From Vitrella brassicaformis CCMP3155 (taxonomy: Eukaryota > Protista > Chromerida), in contig CDMY01000396.1 in assembly GCA_001179505.1 (NCBI GenBank), positions 24,416 through 88,415 of the forward strand: a stretch of DNA of 64,000 nucleotides. The letters run 5' to 3'. The position numbers and the translations under genes were made by a program. This document shows, piece after piece, positions 51,901 through 62,518 of the stretch; the first letter of the stretch is position 1, and each line of letters starts with the position of its first letter. The notes under the pieces are model-generated. The model searched no databases, was not told where the DNA came from, and saw only the letters and a list, made by a program, of their open reading frames with translations.

Positions 51901-52936
51901 CAAGGTCAGACAGAAAAAAGACAATAAGAGACAAAGGGAGGGGATTGACCGACCAGCGCGCAGCATGCGAGTGGCGTGTGTGTGTGTGTGTGTGTGTCTG
52001 TGTGTGTGTGGTGCAGGAGGACCTGAAGCTCGCTGAGCCTGAGGCGGAGACCCCCGATCAGATCGAAAAGAGGAAAACCAAACGCATCGAAATGGAAGGG
52101 TACCTGCCTGCCTGCGTGCTGCCTGGAGCATTCTCACTGATATCGTTCATTGCTATCTATCGTGTGGATGCGTCTAGGATGTGCACGTGGCTGCAAGACT
52201 TTTTCGGCAGCAAGAAGGTGCAGCGTGCCGTGGTGTCTGACCGGCTCACCGAGAGCCCGGCGGTGCTGGTGCAGGGTGAGTTCGGCATGTCGCCCACGAT
52301 GCAGCGATACATCCGGCAGCAGGCGGCCGCCCAGGGGCTGTCGGAGAACGAGATGTACGGTATGTCGATGAACCAGGCCGTCCTCGAGATCAATCCCGAC
52401 CACCCCATCATCGAGCAGCTCAACGACATGGTCAAAAAGGACAAAAATGCTAAGGCCAACAAGGAGGTCGCCACGCTCATCTATGACGTCGCATGCCTTC
52501 AGGGTGAGTGAGCAGACAGACAGAGAGGAAGAGGGGGAGGGAGGGGATTGATCTCTTTCTCTCTGTGTGTGTGTGTCGTGTGTGTTGTGTGTGTAGGTGG
52601 GTATAATGTGGAGGACCCCGGCAGCTTTGCCAAGCGGATCACCAGCATGATGGCCAGAGAAGCATCGGTAGCAATGCCAGCCAGCCAGCCACAGCCACCC
52701 AGCCACCCACATACACAGATTTCTCTCCCCTGTGTGCGTCTGCATGTGTGTGTGTGTGTATGCCATGGATGCCTGTCTGCCTGTAGGCCTACATGACCAC
52801 CGCCAGCTCACCACCAGCACCAGCAGCTGCACCCGAGCCATCTGCGTCAGCATCAGCCCAGCCACCATCGCCTGCATCGCCACCATCTCTGCCAGAGCAA
52901 TCCCAACCCATCAGCCCTGACGCACCACCATCATGA
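48937..52936 (+). CDS. HSP90: Plastid-targeted Hsp90 (Hsp90C-like)
   Basis: Bipartite leader [23 protein letters not shown] plus transit peptide; ETYAFQ|[15 protein letters not shown]; [12 protein letters not shown]; [11 protein letters not shown]; [10 protein letters not shown]; [20 protein letters not shown]. No MEEVD or KDEL; ends in a P/A/S tail. Confidence 0.93.
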
Positions 52937-53538
52937 TGCAATCAATGCATGGTGGACCCGAGTTAGTGCATCCGAGGAGTGATCTTTTATCGACCTGCGT
53001 GGCTGCTTGGTGCGTCCTCACCCATTCAATGCTCGACCGTAGGTGTACAGGGGAGGGAGGGAGGGAGGGAGTCGCCTGAGAATGAAGTGTGGCCAGGCCG
53101 GTCATTATTCTCTCTCGTCAACTAACAAGGAGGGAGGGATGGGGGATGTACATAGCTGTCGGCAATGTCTGTCTGTCTGGCACTCTTACCGAAGTGGCCG
53201 CCTACCTACCCGAGCTTCAGATTTTCAAATCCGTGTGTATGTGTGTCGTGTGGTGTCTGTGTGTGTGTGTGTGTGTGTGTGTCTTTTAAGGCCATTCCTG
53301 TGGATGGATGGGTGGATGGATGGATGCGGACATAATGGAATGGACGCGCGTGACCGCTGCCCTGTGTCCTGTCCACGAGTGGTGCATTCGTGTCAAAAGT
53401 CGTGCATGCAGTCGAGTCGTCGAGTCCAATCAAGCACGCCGGTCGGTGTCGATCGCTGCTTGGTTGGTTGGTTGGTCTCGGTGCTGACACCCTCGTCATG
53501 TCATGTATCGCTGCTTGGTCGGCTGGTCGGTTGGTTGA

Positions 53539-54117
53539 TTAGGCTCCTGTTGGGAACCAGCACAGGCAACGGTTGTCTGCGGGCTTGCACTCCCTCTTCA
53601 TCCAGATCCACTCGCCGTCGGTACTGTACCCCTGGTAAGACTCAAAGCAGCTTCCCTTCGTGCAGTCCCTGTCCGCCCTGCACTCTGTGTGTGGAGCCGC
53701 ATACAAATGTGTCCGTGTGAGAGTGACGGATGGGTTTGGTCCTTGAGGGGGCCTTACGTACCTTCGAGGGTCGTCTCGAAACCCCTGTATGTGGGGGCTG
53801 CACACATTCATCGGTCCGATAAGCACATCATGATGTTTGTATGGCCATGAGTCCACCACGAGTGCATTGCTTACCGTCCTGCGCGAGCGCCTGTGCCGCA
53901 GCTGACACGACTGCACACAACAATTGAGAACAGTGCCCATTCAATTCACGTTGACGCGTGAGCCGTCCGGTGTGTATGTCTCGCCCTACGACGCACCACC
54001 AGTCGTGAGCACCTCGAGGCCCGTTTTGGTCATGGCGCGGTGTCGCTCCTGAGCCATCCTGTTGGCGGCCGCCACCGTCATCATGATGAACGCCAAGATA
54101 GCCAAGACACGGGCCAT
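53539..54117 (-). CDS. Small secreted 6-Cys peptide precursor, 4 exons
   Basis: Signal MARVLAILAFIMMTVAAA. Three phase-1 GT-AG introns join in frame to ECRADRDCTKGSCFESYQGYSTDGEWIWMKRECKPADNRCLCWFPTGA*. Confidence 0.75.
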
Positions 54118-54203
54118 GATCAGATTCTCCCTCACGAACTGAATGGACCGGCAATTAAGGGGTGATGGGATGGAGTGAGATGTTTCTGCACACACACAAA
54201 GAA

Positions 54204-54301
54204 CAGCCCCGACAGGCGCAGGTCCCACAGTGTCACAGTTTTCGACGTCGGCCAGCCCCGACAGGCGCAGGTCCCACAGTGTCACAGTTTTCGACGTCGG
54301 C
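54204..54301. repeat. Perfect 49-bp tandem duplication
   Basis: CAGCCCCGACAGGCGCAGGTCCCACAGTGTCACAGTTTTCGACGTCGGC x2. Confidence 0.95.
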
Positions 54302-54643
54302 CTACCGTCCCAACACGGCGCCTGATCAGGGTATGTGCACAGGAGAAGACGCCCCCAGCCCCCATGTTGCGAGCTTGCATGCATCGCCTCCCATGATGAT
54401 CTTCCTTCCCTTGCGATTGATGACTTCCGTATACGAATGTACAGGGAGTGTGTGCAAATGTGCCGATGAATGGTAACCATTGGAAGGCAATTTGCACATA
54501 TCTCAGTTAGTACAGCATCATGAATTAAGTCCGCCTTCGCAATCACCCCACACTCCACCGCGTGCAGTGCACACACACTGTACACCAAACACACAGATCG
54601 ATGAGCCGTCACGGAAGGAAGCCAAGTCCCCTCACTAGCTAGC

Positions 54644-55435
54644 TCAGTAGAAGACGGTTAGAGTGCGGTGGTGGGGCCGCATCGTGTCGCGCATCCTCTC
54701 GCCCAGCTGAACGCACAGCGTCAACACACATACACACACACACATACACACACACAGCACTAAGTTACCTGGCCTGATATGGGTGTTCGGTTCGCTGTGT
54801 GACTGACTGACATGACATATATACTCACACACCGACCGGTGCGACCGACCCACCGACCTGCCAGAGCAGCCAGTCCACTTGGATGTCCATCCACTTGTGT
54901 GATTTCCCTCCGCGACTCGTGCCTCCATTGAGGCCGTCACGGACCATCCTTCACCACACAGACCCACACAGCAATCAGATCAGGAACTATCGATGAGATT
55001 GCCGTGATGCGTGGCCTGCCGACCTGCAGGCGACGATCGCCGCAGCTCTGATTTCGACTTCGCGAGGCGAGTCAGGGTGTATGGGTGACCGTGAAGCGAT
55101 GCACTGGTCCAGGTCATCAGAGTACTCCAGCACACCCAGCTCGCGGAACAGCTGCGGCACCCTGAGAGACGCACACAAACACGAGACGAGCAGACCAAGA
55201 CAAATAACTGGGTCGGTCCGGCGTCCGGCCAAAGGGGTCCGATCCACACACACGTACGTATGTACCGATTTACCGGTAGTCAGCGAAGAGCGTCAGCTGG
55301 TCGATGTCGTGGAAATCACACAGCCCGTCGCACTCGGCGGTGCCGAATGCGCCCCACAGGTCAGCCACCAGTATCTGAGCACGCTTGTAGAACACCACCT
55401 GATGCCCTCGATAAACTGCCTCGTCACGGAACCCT

Positions 55436-55470
<35 letters not shown>

Positions 55471-56268
55471 GATGGATGGCACCGTGTGTGCGTTGCGTCG
55501 ATGGGAGTTGAAGAGTTACCTACCGGGCAGGTGTGCCGTGATGAGCCTGACGAGCTCCACAGCGCTCCGGTCTGCCCTTCGCACCATGTTGACGGCCGAG
55601 CCGCCAAACCCCTCCAACAGCGCCGTCCCAAGCTGGCGCACAAGGCGCACCCTCTCGTCCATCAGACACAGATACAGCATACCCCTCTCGCCCACACCCA
55701 CACCGAGCCACTCACTCAGCTGCGCCTCTGTGATGCTTGCCAGCCTGTGGGGTGTGAGGTCGTGTGGCCGCTCCGTGGCCACTCTGCGCAGGCCTCTTGC
55801 CAGATGCTCGTACTCGAACGAGTTGTTGTTATTGGCGTTGCCATGGGTGGTGTGTGTGTGTGTTGGGTCGGTGGGCCAGAAGCAGAAGTTGAGGGCGTCC
55901 AACACTAACACGTACAGCGCCTGCAGCTCTCTGACGGATTGCAATGCAATGCAGAGAACCACACAGACCAGACAGACAGACACAGACAGAAGGCAAGCAA
56001 CTCAATCCGTATGTGTCGCATAACATCCATTCGGTGCGAACTTGATGTGGCTGACTGACCCGGGGTGCGATTCGACAAAGTGAAAAGGGCACTCCCGCCA
56101 GCCCAGGAAGGCCTGCGGTGCGTCCGCGTCGCCACCTGCTGCTGCCGACGAGCCGATGGGCTTCGTGTCGGCATGCCGCTCCACAAACTCCTGCAGCTTC
56201 GACGTGTTGATGCGCACCTCTGCTGCATTGTCCACCACCCATCGAGCACATTCGTATACCGAAGTCAT
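54644..56268 (-). CDS. QNG1: Queuosine salvage N-glycosylase (QNG1/C9orf64/DUF2419 family)
   Basis: YVLVLDALNFCFWP; YEHLARGL; ERVRLVRQLG; FYKRAQILVADLWGAFG; QLTLFADYR|VPQ; ends PHHRTLTVFY. Confidence 0.9.
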
Positions 56269-56441
56269 GTCATCAATCGCAAGGGAAGGATGATCTGCTA
56301 AGACCTCCACGGTGGAGATGCAGGGGAGCTCGCAACGTGGGGGCCTGAGACTGGGGCGTCTCGGCCTGCCGTAGTGGAAGGTTCTACCATTCATCGGCAC
56401 ATTTGCACACCCCAAAACCTTTCTTCCCCTCGCGCCAGCCC

Positions 56442-57126
56442 ATGATGGCCGTAGCTCTGGCGCTTCTGGTGGGCCTTTGTGACGCCATCCAGACCGCCAA
56501 CGGCAAGACCCCGACGGGGCGGATGCACCGGTAAGGTAAGAGAGGAACTCCCGGCGCGCTGGTACACACACGTGTTGATCTGGTGCATACCTGCTTTCTG
56601 TATGGATGGATGGATAAATATGTCGTTGGCTTGGGCGCGCATGTGTACATGTGTGTGAGCAGCTGGGGGTCCGACGCCTCATGCCGACTCTCGGGGGACG
56701 ATATCGATGGCGACGCCTTCATCCAGCAATCTGGTGGGAGAGAAGAAGATCTTTCCAAAGCCATGGATGGATGAATGGATGGATGGATGGATGGATGGAT
56801 GTGACGGCTGCAGGTGGGTCCGTGTCGGCTGCCTATCTGCAGACGGCACTCGGCAAGGCCCAGCGCATCACCGAGGCCGCAAACGCGGCGAGTACCGCCG
56901 CCCACGCGGTGGCCACCGCTGCACACACGGCAACGGGCTGGAATCTCATGGACGAAATGCACACACACCACCTGGCAACAAAGGTCAGTACGCATTCATG
57001 CAGTTAGTCATCAGTCGTGGGCGCCACAACGGTTGACCGACTGATTTCGCTTGTGTCTCTTTCTCTGGTTGCTGTGCTGTCTACCTGACAGACTACGTGC
57101 CGCCTAAGGAGAAGGGGAAGAAGTGA
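56442..57126 (+). CDS. Small putative secreted hypothetical protein
   Basis: Signal-like MMAVALALLVGLCDA; exons splice to an Ala-rich helix (AQRITEAANAASTAAHAVATAAH). The last exons are ambiguous. Confidence 0.45.
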
Positions 57127-57479
57127 ACGGCCCTGCATGTCACGCATCAACCGAGGATAACAACATCCATATATATGTATCTCTATGTCTGTCTTGCTTG
57201 TTGCTTTTGACTGACCCGCACGCATGAGTCCCACACCCACGACAGACAGAAAGACAGGCAGACAGGCACGAATAAAGCCACACCACAGCACCCGACACAT
57301 GTAGCTGCCGACGTGAGCACTAGACGACGCGACGCGTGAGTGGATGGGTGGGTATAGAGGTAAACCACGGGACCAAACCGTGTATTGAACACAAGAACGC
57401 ACTCGAGGGATGAAAACTTGACAGAAGGAGAATCTGCAGAGGGGGAGGGGGGGAAGGGGGGGACGAGGGCAGACAGAAA

Positions 57480-57770
57480 CCTGAACCACGCGCACCCCCA
57501 CACAACCTCACACACACACCCACACACACACACACACACACACAAGAGCACAACCAGTTTTTCAGCCGCCAGCCCGGGATAGAAATGTGGCCGGGCGCTT
57601 TTCCCCCGCGATTCTAAAATACGGGGCATGTGAAACCCAGAGAGTAGCCAAGGGAAACCTTGGTGAGCCGGACTCGCCGCCCTGGTCATTGCAGGGTGTC
57701 CTGCAGTGCTGCTCGCTTCGTCCGAATGAATGCCTTGTGTGCTCACGAGGACGCTCGAATGAATGAATGA
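57480..57770. repeat. ~290-bp dispersed direct repeat, copy 1 (copy 2 at ~60465-60750)
   Basis: ACAAGAGCACAACCAGTTTTTCAGCCG...GCTTCGTCCGAATGAATGCCTTGTGT is nearly identical in both places. Confidence 0.9.
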
Positions 57771-57777
57771 ATGAACT

Positions 57778-58227
57778 TCATGGGCCTCCTGTGGAAGATG
57801 GCCCGCATCGGAGAACGGCTGAGCCCTTGCGTGCTCGCCACTCCTTGACGGCCTGCTCGCCACCGTACTTGCGCAGTGTCGGCTCGAAGTTGCCCGGGCC
57901 GACGGTGTATCGCCATGTGCCCTCTGGTGTGTAGAGCGACCAGCCGTCGTAGCTGCACCACTCGATGGAGTCCTCCTCACCCACGGCATCAAGCACCTGT
58001 CAGCCAGTCACACACACACACAAAACCCATTATCGGGCACTGGGTGTGCCTGTCTGTCTGTCTGCTGTCTTGCCTGTCTGAGAGGGTTGATTGACGGCTG
58101 GCTCATGCCGGCCCAGAGGCTGGGCCCTGAGACATGTAGCCATCACGCTCAAATGAGTGCGCCGCACCAGCTGACACCCACACCCACAAAAGGAGAGATA
58201 GGGCAGCGGTGCGGTCAATACGCCCGA
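57778..58227 (-). pseudogene. Carotenoid isomerase (CRTISO)-like FAD oxidoreductase fragment, frameshifted and 3'-truncated
   Basis: GAAHSFERDGY // GPSLWAGMSQPSINPLRQ|VLDAVGEEDSIEWCSYDGWSLYTPEG...VGPGNF...GGEQAVKEW. Only 8 nt lie between the Y and G codons where KFDS would need 12. Confidence 0.75.
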
Positions 58228-58527
58228 NNNNNNNNNNNNNNNNNNNNNNNNNNNNNNNNNNNNNNNNNNNNNNNNNNNNNNNNNNNNNNNNNNNNNNNNN
58301 NNNNNNNNNNNNNNNNNNNNNNNNNNNNNNNNNNNNNNNNNNNNNNNNNNNNNNNNNNNNNNNNNNNNNNNNNNNNNNNNNNNNNNNNNNNNNNNNNNNN
58401 NNNNNNNNNNNNNNNNNNNNNNNNNNNNNNNNNNNNNNNNNNNNNNNNNNNNNNNNNNNNNNNNNNNNNNNNNNNNNNNNNNNNNNNNNNNNNNNNNNNN
58501 NNNNNNNNNNNNNNNNNNNNNNNNNNN
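58228..58527. other. Assembly gap (300 N)
   Basis: Run of N. Confidence 0.95.
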
Positions 58528-59444
58528 AGGGGTGGGTCTCGCTTGGGAAGGAAGCTTGCTGGTCACTCCTTGTCGCTCAAACGTGTGTGCGGCTGGGTAA
58601 ATGTCATCGGATGCATCGAATGACTCAATTGACTCGGTTGATTGTCACCGTGGCGCCGTCATTGCAGCGCGAGCGACAGAATGCTCTTCCGTTTACATTG
58701 TGATTCAAGCTCTCGAAGCAAAACCCGTCTCTCGTCGGAAATCACCATCGAGAATGGTTCATCTCGGTGGATGACCATTAAAATGTCTGTATTTCTCCGT
58801 TGATTCACGCTTTCATCGGTCCGCTCTTTCACAGAGGGGTGCTTCATTCTCTGGCGGTCATTTTGAGCCACGAGTGGTCGGCCCGAATGGCTGATTTGAG
58901 TCTCTTTGGGAGGGGATTGGTTTATGCGGTTCATTTTGACTATGTACAGAGTGATCGGGGCGGGGTGATTGCTTTACAGACATGATTGGTTTATACGGTG
59001 ATTGCTTTAAGCGATACTTACTGTACCCCTTTCTGATCACCCTGCAGCAATTTGCAAGTCAGCCCCGTCAGCGAGAGTTCCTCAGAGTCAGGCCCTCCCT
59101 GAGTAAGTGACTTCTTGGTCTCAGTGGGTGAGTATCCCGAGGGAGACACGTCATTGGTGAGTGAGTCTGACAATCGTCGTGTCCCTCCCTTCTGAAGAGG
59201 CACCTCTTGATCCTTATGTGTGATTTTCGAGGTTTCCCCGAGGCGACTGTGTTGTTCTCGAAGCAAATTCGTGCTCGCATGAGTGATATGCCGAGGGGGG
59301 GACCTGCCTTATCGCTGAAGGAGCCCGAAGCAGTGAGTTCATTCTCAAGGGTAACTGTGTTTCATTGAAGAATGAGTGAGTCCCAAACTAGTCCCAAACG
59401 CGATGTGTCCCTTTTCCCGAGACGAGACTCGGACCCCTTTCGCT

Positions 59445-59845
59445 GTCGGCATTCTGACATCTCTGCCGCTTCTTTGTTGGGCATTCTGCCCTGTCTGCCG
59501 CTTCTTTGTCGCGCGTTCTGCCATCCCTGCCGCTCCTTTGTCGAGCCTTTCACTGCCCATGTCGGGCGTTCTGCCCTTGCCTGCCCATGTCGGGCATTCT
59601 GCCTTGTGCCTGCCCATGTCAAGCAGTGTGCCCATGTCGAGTATCTATCTTTGCCTGCCCCTTTTTTGCGCAGCATTCTGTCGCTTGTGCCGCCTCTTGG
59701 TCGGGCATTCCGCCCTATTTGCCCCTGTCGTGTCCAGCATTCAGCCACCTCTGCCCGTTTCGGGTCGAGCATTCCGCCACCCAATTGCCGCCACCTCTGC
59801 GCCATCTCTGCCTCTTTCGTGTCGGGCATTCCGCCACTCTGCCCC
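59445..59845. repeat. Degenerate minisatellite built on a TGTCGGGCATTC(T/C)GCC core
   Basis: About 10 variants of the core at irregular 20-60-bp spacing. Confidence 0.75.
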
Positions 59846-60464
59846 TTCTTTGTTTCCCTTCTTTGTTTCGCAATGTTCCTGGTCGCGATGGCCTTTTGTA
59901 ACGGAGTGAAGTGCCCCTCCCGAAAAGTTCCACACCTGGGAGCGTCACTGTAGGAGCGTCCTAGGCGGCGGGTGGTGTTCCGTGTGCAGCGGTCGCTGCC
60001 TGCCCTATTGTTCTGTACGTCTGCACGGCGTATGTCAAGGCAGCCGCCCCGTTGGTGTGTCTTCCTTCCCTCACTGTGTCCTTCTGTTTGTTTTCCCCGT
60101 CAGTAGCCGCGATCCCCTGTGTGGTTGTGGCACTATGTCCTTGACTGGTCTGGGTTGCGCGACTGTGTCCCGTCCCCGTCGTCAACGGGAAGTGGAGGTT
60201 GGCGCCCTGTGACAAGACAGAACGCGAGACCCGGTGTCTGACTGCGTGAACCCTGTTTGTTCGGCCCGCTCCCTTGCATTGCCAAACAGCTTCCGGCTGC
60301 TTGTGTTCGGAGACGGTGTGTGTCGATCGGGTCGCTCCCGCCCACGGCGCGTATGTACGCGATCGCTGCGCTACGCACGCGTACGCTACCATGGACACGA
60401 CTGGACCCGCCGTCTCCGACGCCCTTGCTGCCGAAGGGGGGGGGAGGGGGGAAGGGGGTAGACA

Positions 60465-60750
60465 GGAACCTGAAGACCGCGCACACATCCCACGAACATG
60501 AAACTGACACACACCCACACAAGAGCACAACCAGTTTTTCAGCCGGCCGCCTGTCGGGATAGAAGTTGGGCCGGGCGCTTTTCCACCGCGCTTCTAGAAT
60601 ACGGGGCATGTGAAACCCAGGGGGTAGCCAAGGGAAACCTAGGTGAGCCGGACTCGCCGCCCTGGTCATTGCAGGGTGTCCTGCAGTGCTGCTCGCTTCG
60701 TCCGAATGAATGCCTTGTGTGTTCATGGGGACGCCGAATGAATGAATGAA
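60465..60750. repeat. ~290-bp dispersed direct repeat, copy 2
   Basis: Matches 57480-57770. Confidence 0.9.
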
Positions 60751-61290
60751 TGACCACCTTCTTGGTTCGTTCCACGTGCGTCGCGTTGTGTGTTCGCTGC
60801 CGCTGGTGTTTTCGTGTGTCTCTATGCCCCTGATGTCCCTGTTCATGGCTTTCTCTTCTTGGTGCATGTCGGCTCTAGGTCTCGAGAGCTCTGTTCCGTC
60901 TTCTACATGCTCCGCGCGCTTCAAAGAGTGCTCCCTGATAATGCTTTCTGATGCTTGATGCGTGTCCCCGAGCGATTTTACACTCTTCAGGAGTTTCTCC
61001 ACCACACTATATCTCGAGGCGACTAAAGAAGGAAGCACAGTAATGTACATCCTGAGACGGGAAACAAATATGCTCACGAATCACACAACGAATCTCTCTC
61101 TCTGTATCTCTGTTTGTGTGTGGATGGATGGCATGTACACCAGAACAAAGAGAGCCGTTGACAGATTTTAGCACTATTTCAACCTATGTGTCTCCCCCGC
61201 ATGTCTATACTATATAGCTATACAGAGCAATTTAAAAGTATAGCATAGTATAGACAGGATAGTAATGCCACACCTCGTTCCTCATTCAAT

Positions 61291-62040
61291 ATGAGGTGTG
61301 TCGTGCCGCAACTCCTCTTAGTCGTATGGGTGTGTTCCGCCCAGGAGCCAGGTCAGTGAAGACAGGAGGGTCTGCTCGAAAGCCTTGTTTCTTGCTCCTT
61401 CAGGATGCCTCTTCGAGGAGAACGTAGATTACGCAGCGAGTGCAGACATCGAGGCGGCAAGTAGTGGATTCCCTTCTCATCTGCACTGTGCCGACTGGTG
61501 CGCAGTCACGGATCGCTGTGAGTACTGGGTTCACGTGGGTTTTGGAGACGACGGGATGTGCTTTCTGAAGACTTCCAGAGAGCCAGTGATGCCCAGGGCA
61601 GCAAACCCTGACGAAGGCTTACAGGTGACGGCTGGCAACAAGGCATGCGGAGATCCTTCCAGCATGGTCGCGAAAGGTTCGTATGCTTGCACAAGATGGG
61701 GGGCTGCCTTGTGATCGGTCGCTCATAACACTGCAGATGCTTTTTGTCTGATTCTCTGCAGGTTGTATTTTGGAGGAAAACGCTGACCATGCCACAGATT
61801 CTGATACGGTCCTTAGGGCGGCAATCACTGGCTTCCCTGAGTATCTCAGTTGCGCCGACTGGTGCGCTGGCACAGAGGGCTGCGAATAATGGGCTCACTT
61901 GGGTAGTGGAGAGGATGGTTCGTGCTGGCTCAAGACAGCCAGAGACCCTGCTGTTCAACCTGCGCCGGATGAGGACGGCAGGAAGTTCACGGCTGGCAAC
62001 AAAGCATGCGGGGACCCGGAAAATATGTTGAAAATAGATG
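61291..62040 (+). pseudogene. Secreted tandem PAN/apple-domain protein with a premature stop in domain 2
   Basis: Signal exon MRCVVPQLLLVVWVCSAQEP. Two phase-1 exons: CLFEENVDY...CADWCAVTDRCEYW...CFLK...AGNKAC and CILEENADH...CADWCAGTEGCE*W...CWLK...AGNKAC. TAA at 61887-61889. Confidence 0.75.
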
Positions 62041-62518
62041 GTCAGGGTATGCAAGAAGGAGGTGCACAGGAGCGCATGATTGCACGGGACGACAGCTCCG
62101 ACTCAGATGACAGTGCTGGGTGTTTCTCTCCGAAGACAGCATCCAATGCGCCAGTAGTTGACCGTCGGCAGTGGGTGAATTCGTCTGCCGCAGGCGTTCG
62201 TTCGTAGGACATTCGTGCAAGTTCCTGCTTTGTTTTGAATTCGGATCCGGCGGGAAGTAGGCTCCGTTGACAGCGGGGCACAATCGCAATGAAAGCGGGC
62301 GAGAGTCATATGAATCCATTCACGTGTTGCCCTGCCGTCACGGCTTGTCCACCGCCGCCTTTCATAGAAGACTCGAATACATTCGGCCCTACAGTCTTCG
62401 TCAGTCATTTACCACGAAGGCGGGAATGGGTTTGGATCGTCCTGCCTTCCCCTCCTCCATCAATTGTCGATTGTGTGATACATTATGTGTCCTCATGTAC
62501 CCATAGCGACGTCTCATT

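Noticed and set aside
57586-57600. GGCCGGGCGC resembling the 5' end of 7SL/Alu RNA
   Set aside because: The match is only about 10 nt, and no Alu-domain or S-domain continuation is recognisable.
57600-57760. Hammerhead or HDV ribozyme in the 290-bp repeat
   Set aside because: No CUGANGA/GAAA core with correct stems, and no HDV topology, found on either strand.
59345-59953. CRISPR array or known satellite
   Set aside because: Repeats are degenerate with irregular spacing, the context is eukaryotic, and there are no cas genes.
60133-61077. 314-aa minus-strand ORF as a single protein
   Set aside because: It runs through intron-like (TCAT)n/(GT)n tracts and the 290-bp repeat with no recognisable domain; at most it is fragments of an unknown spliced gene.
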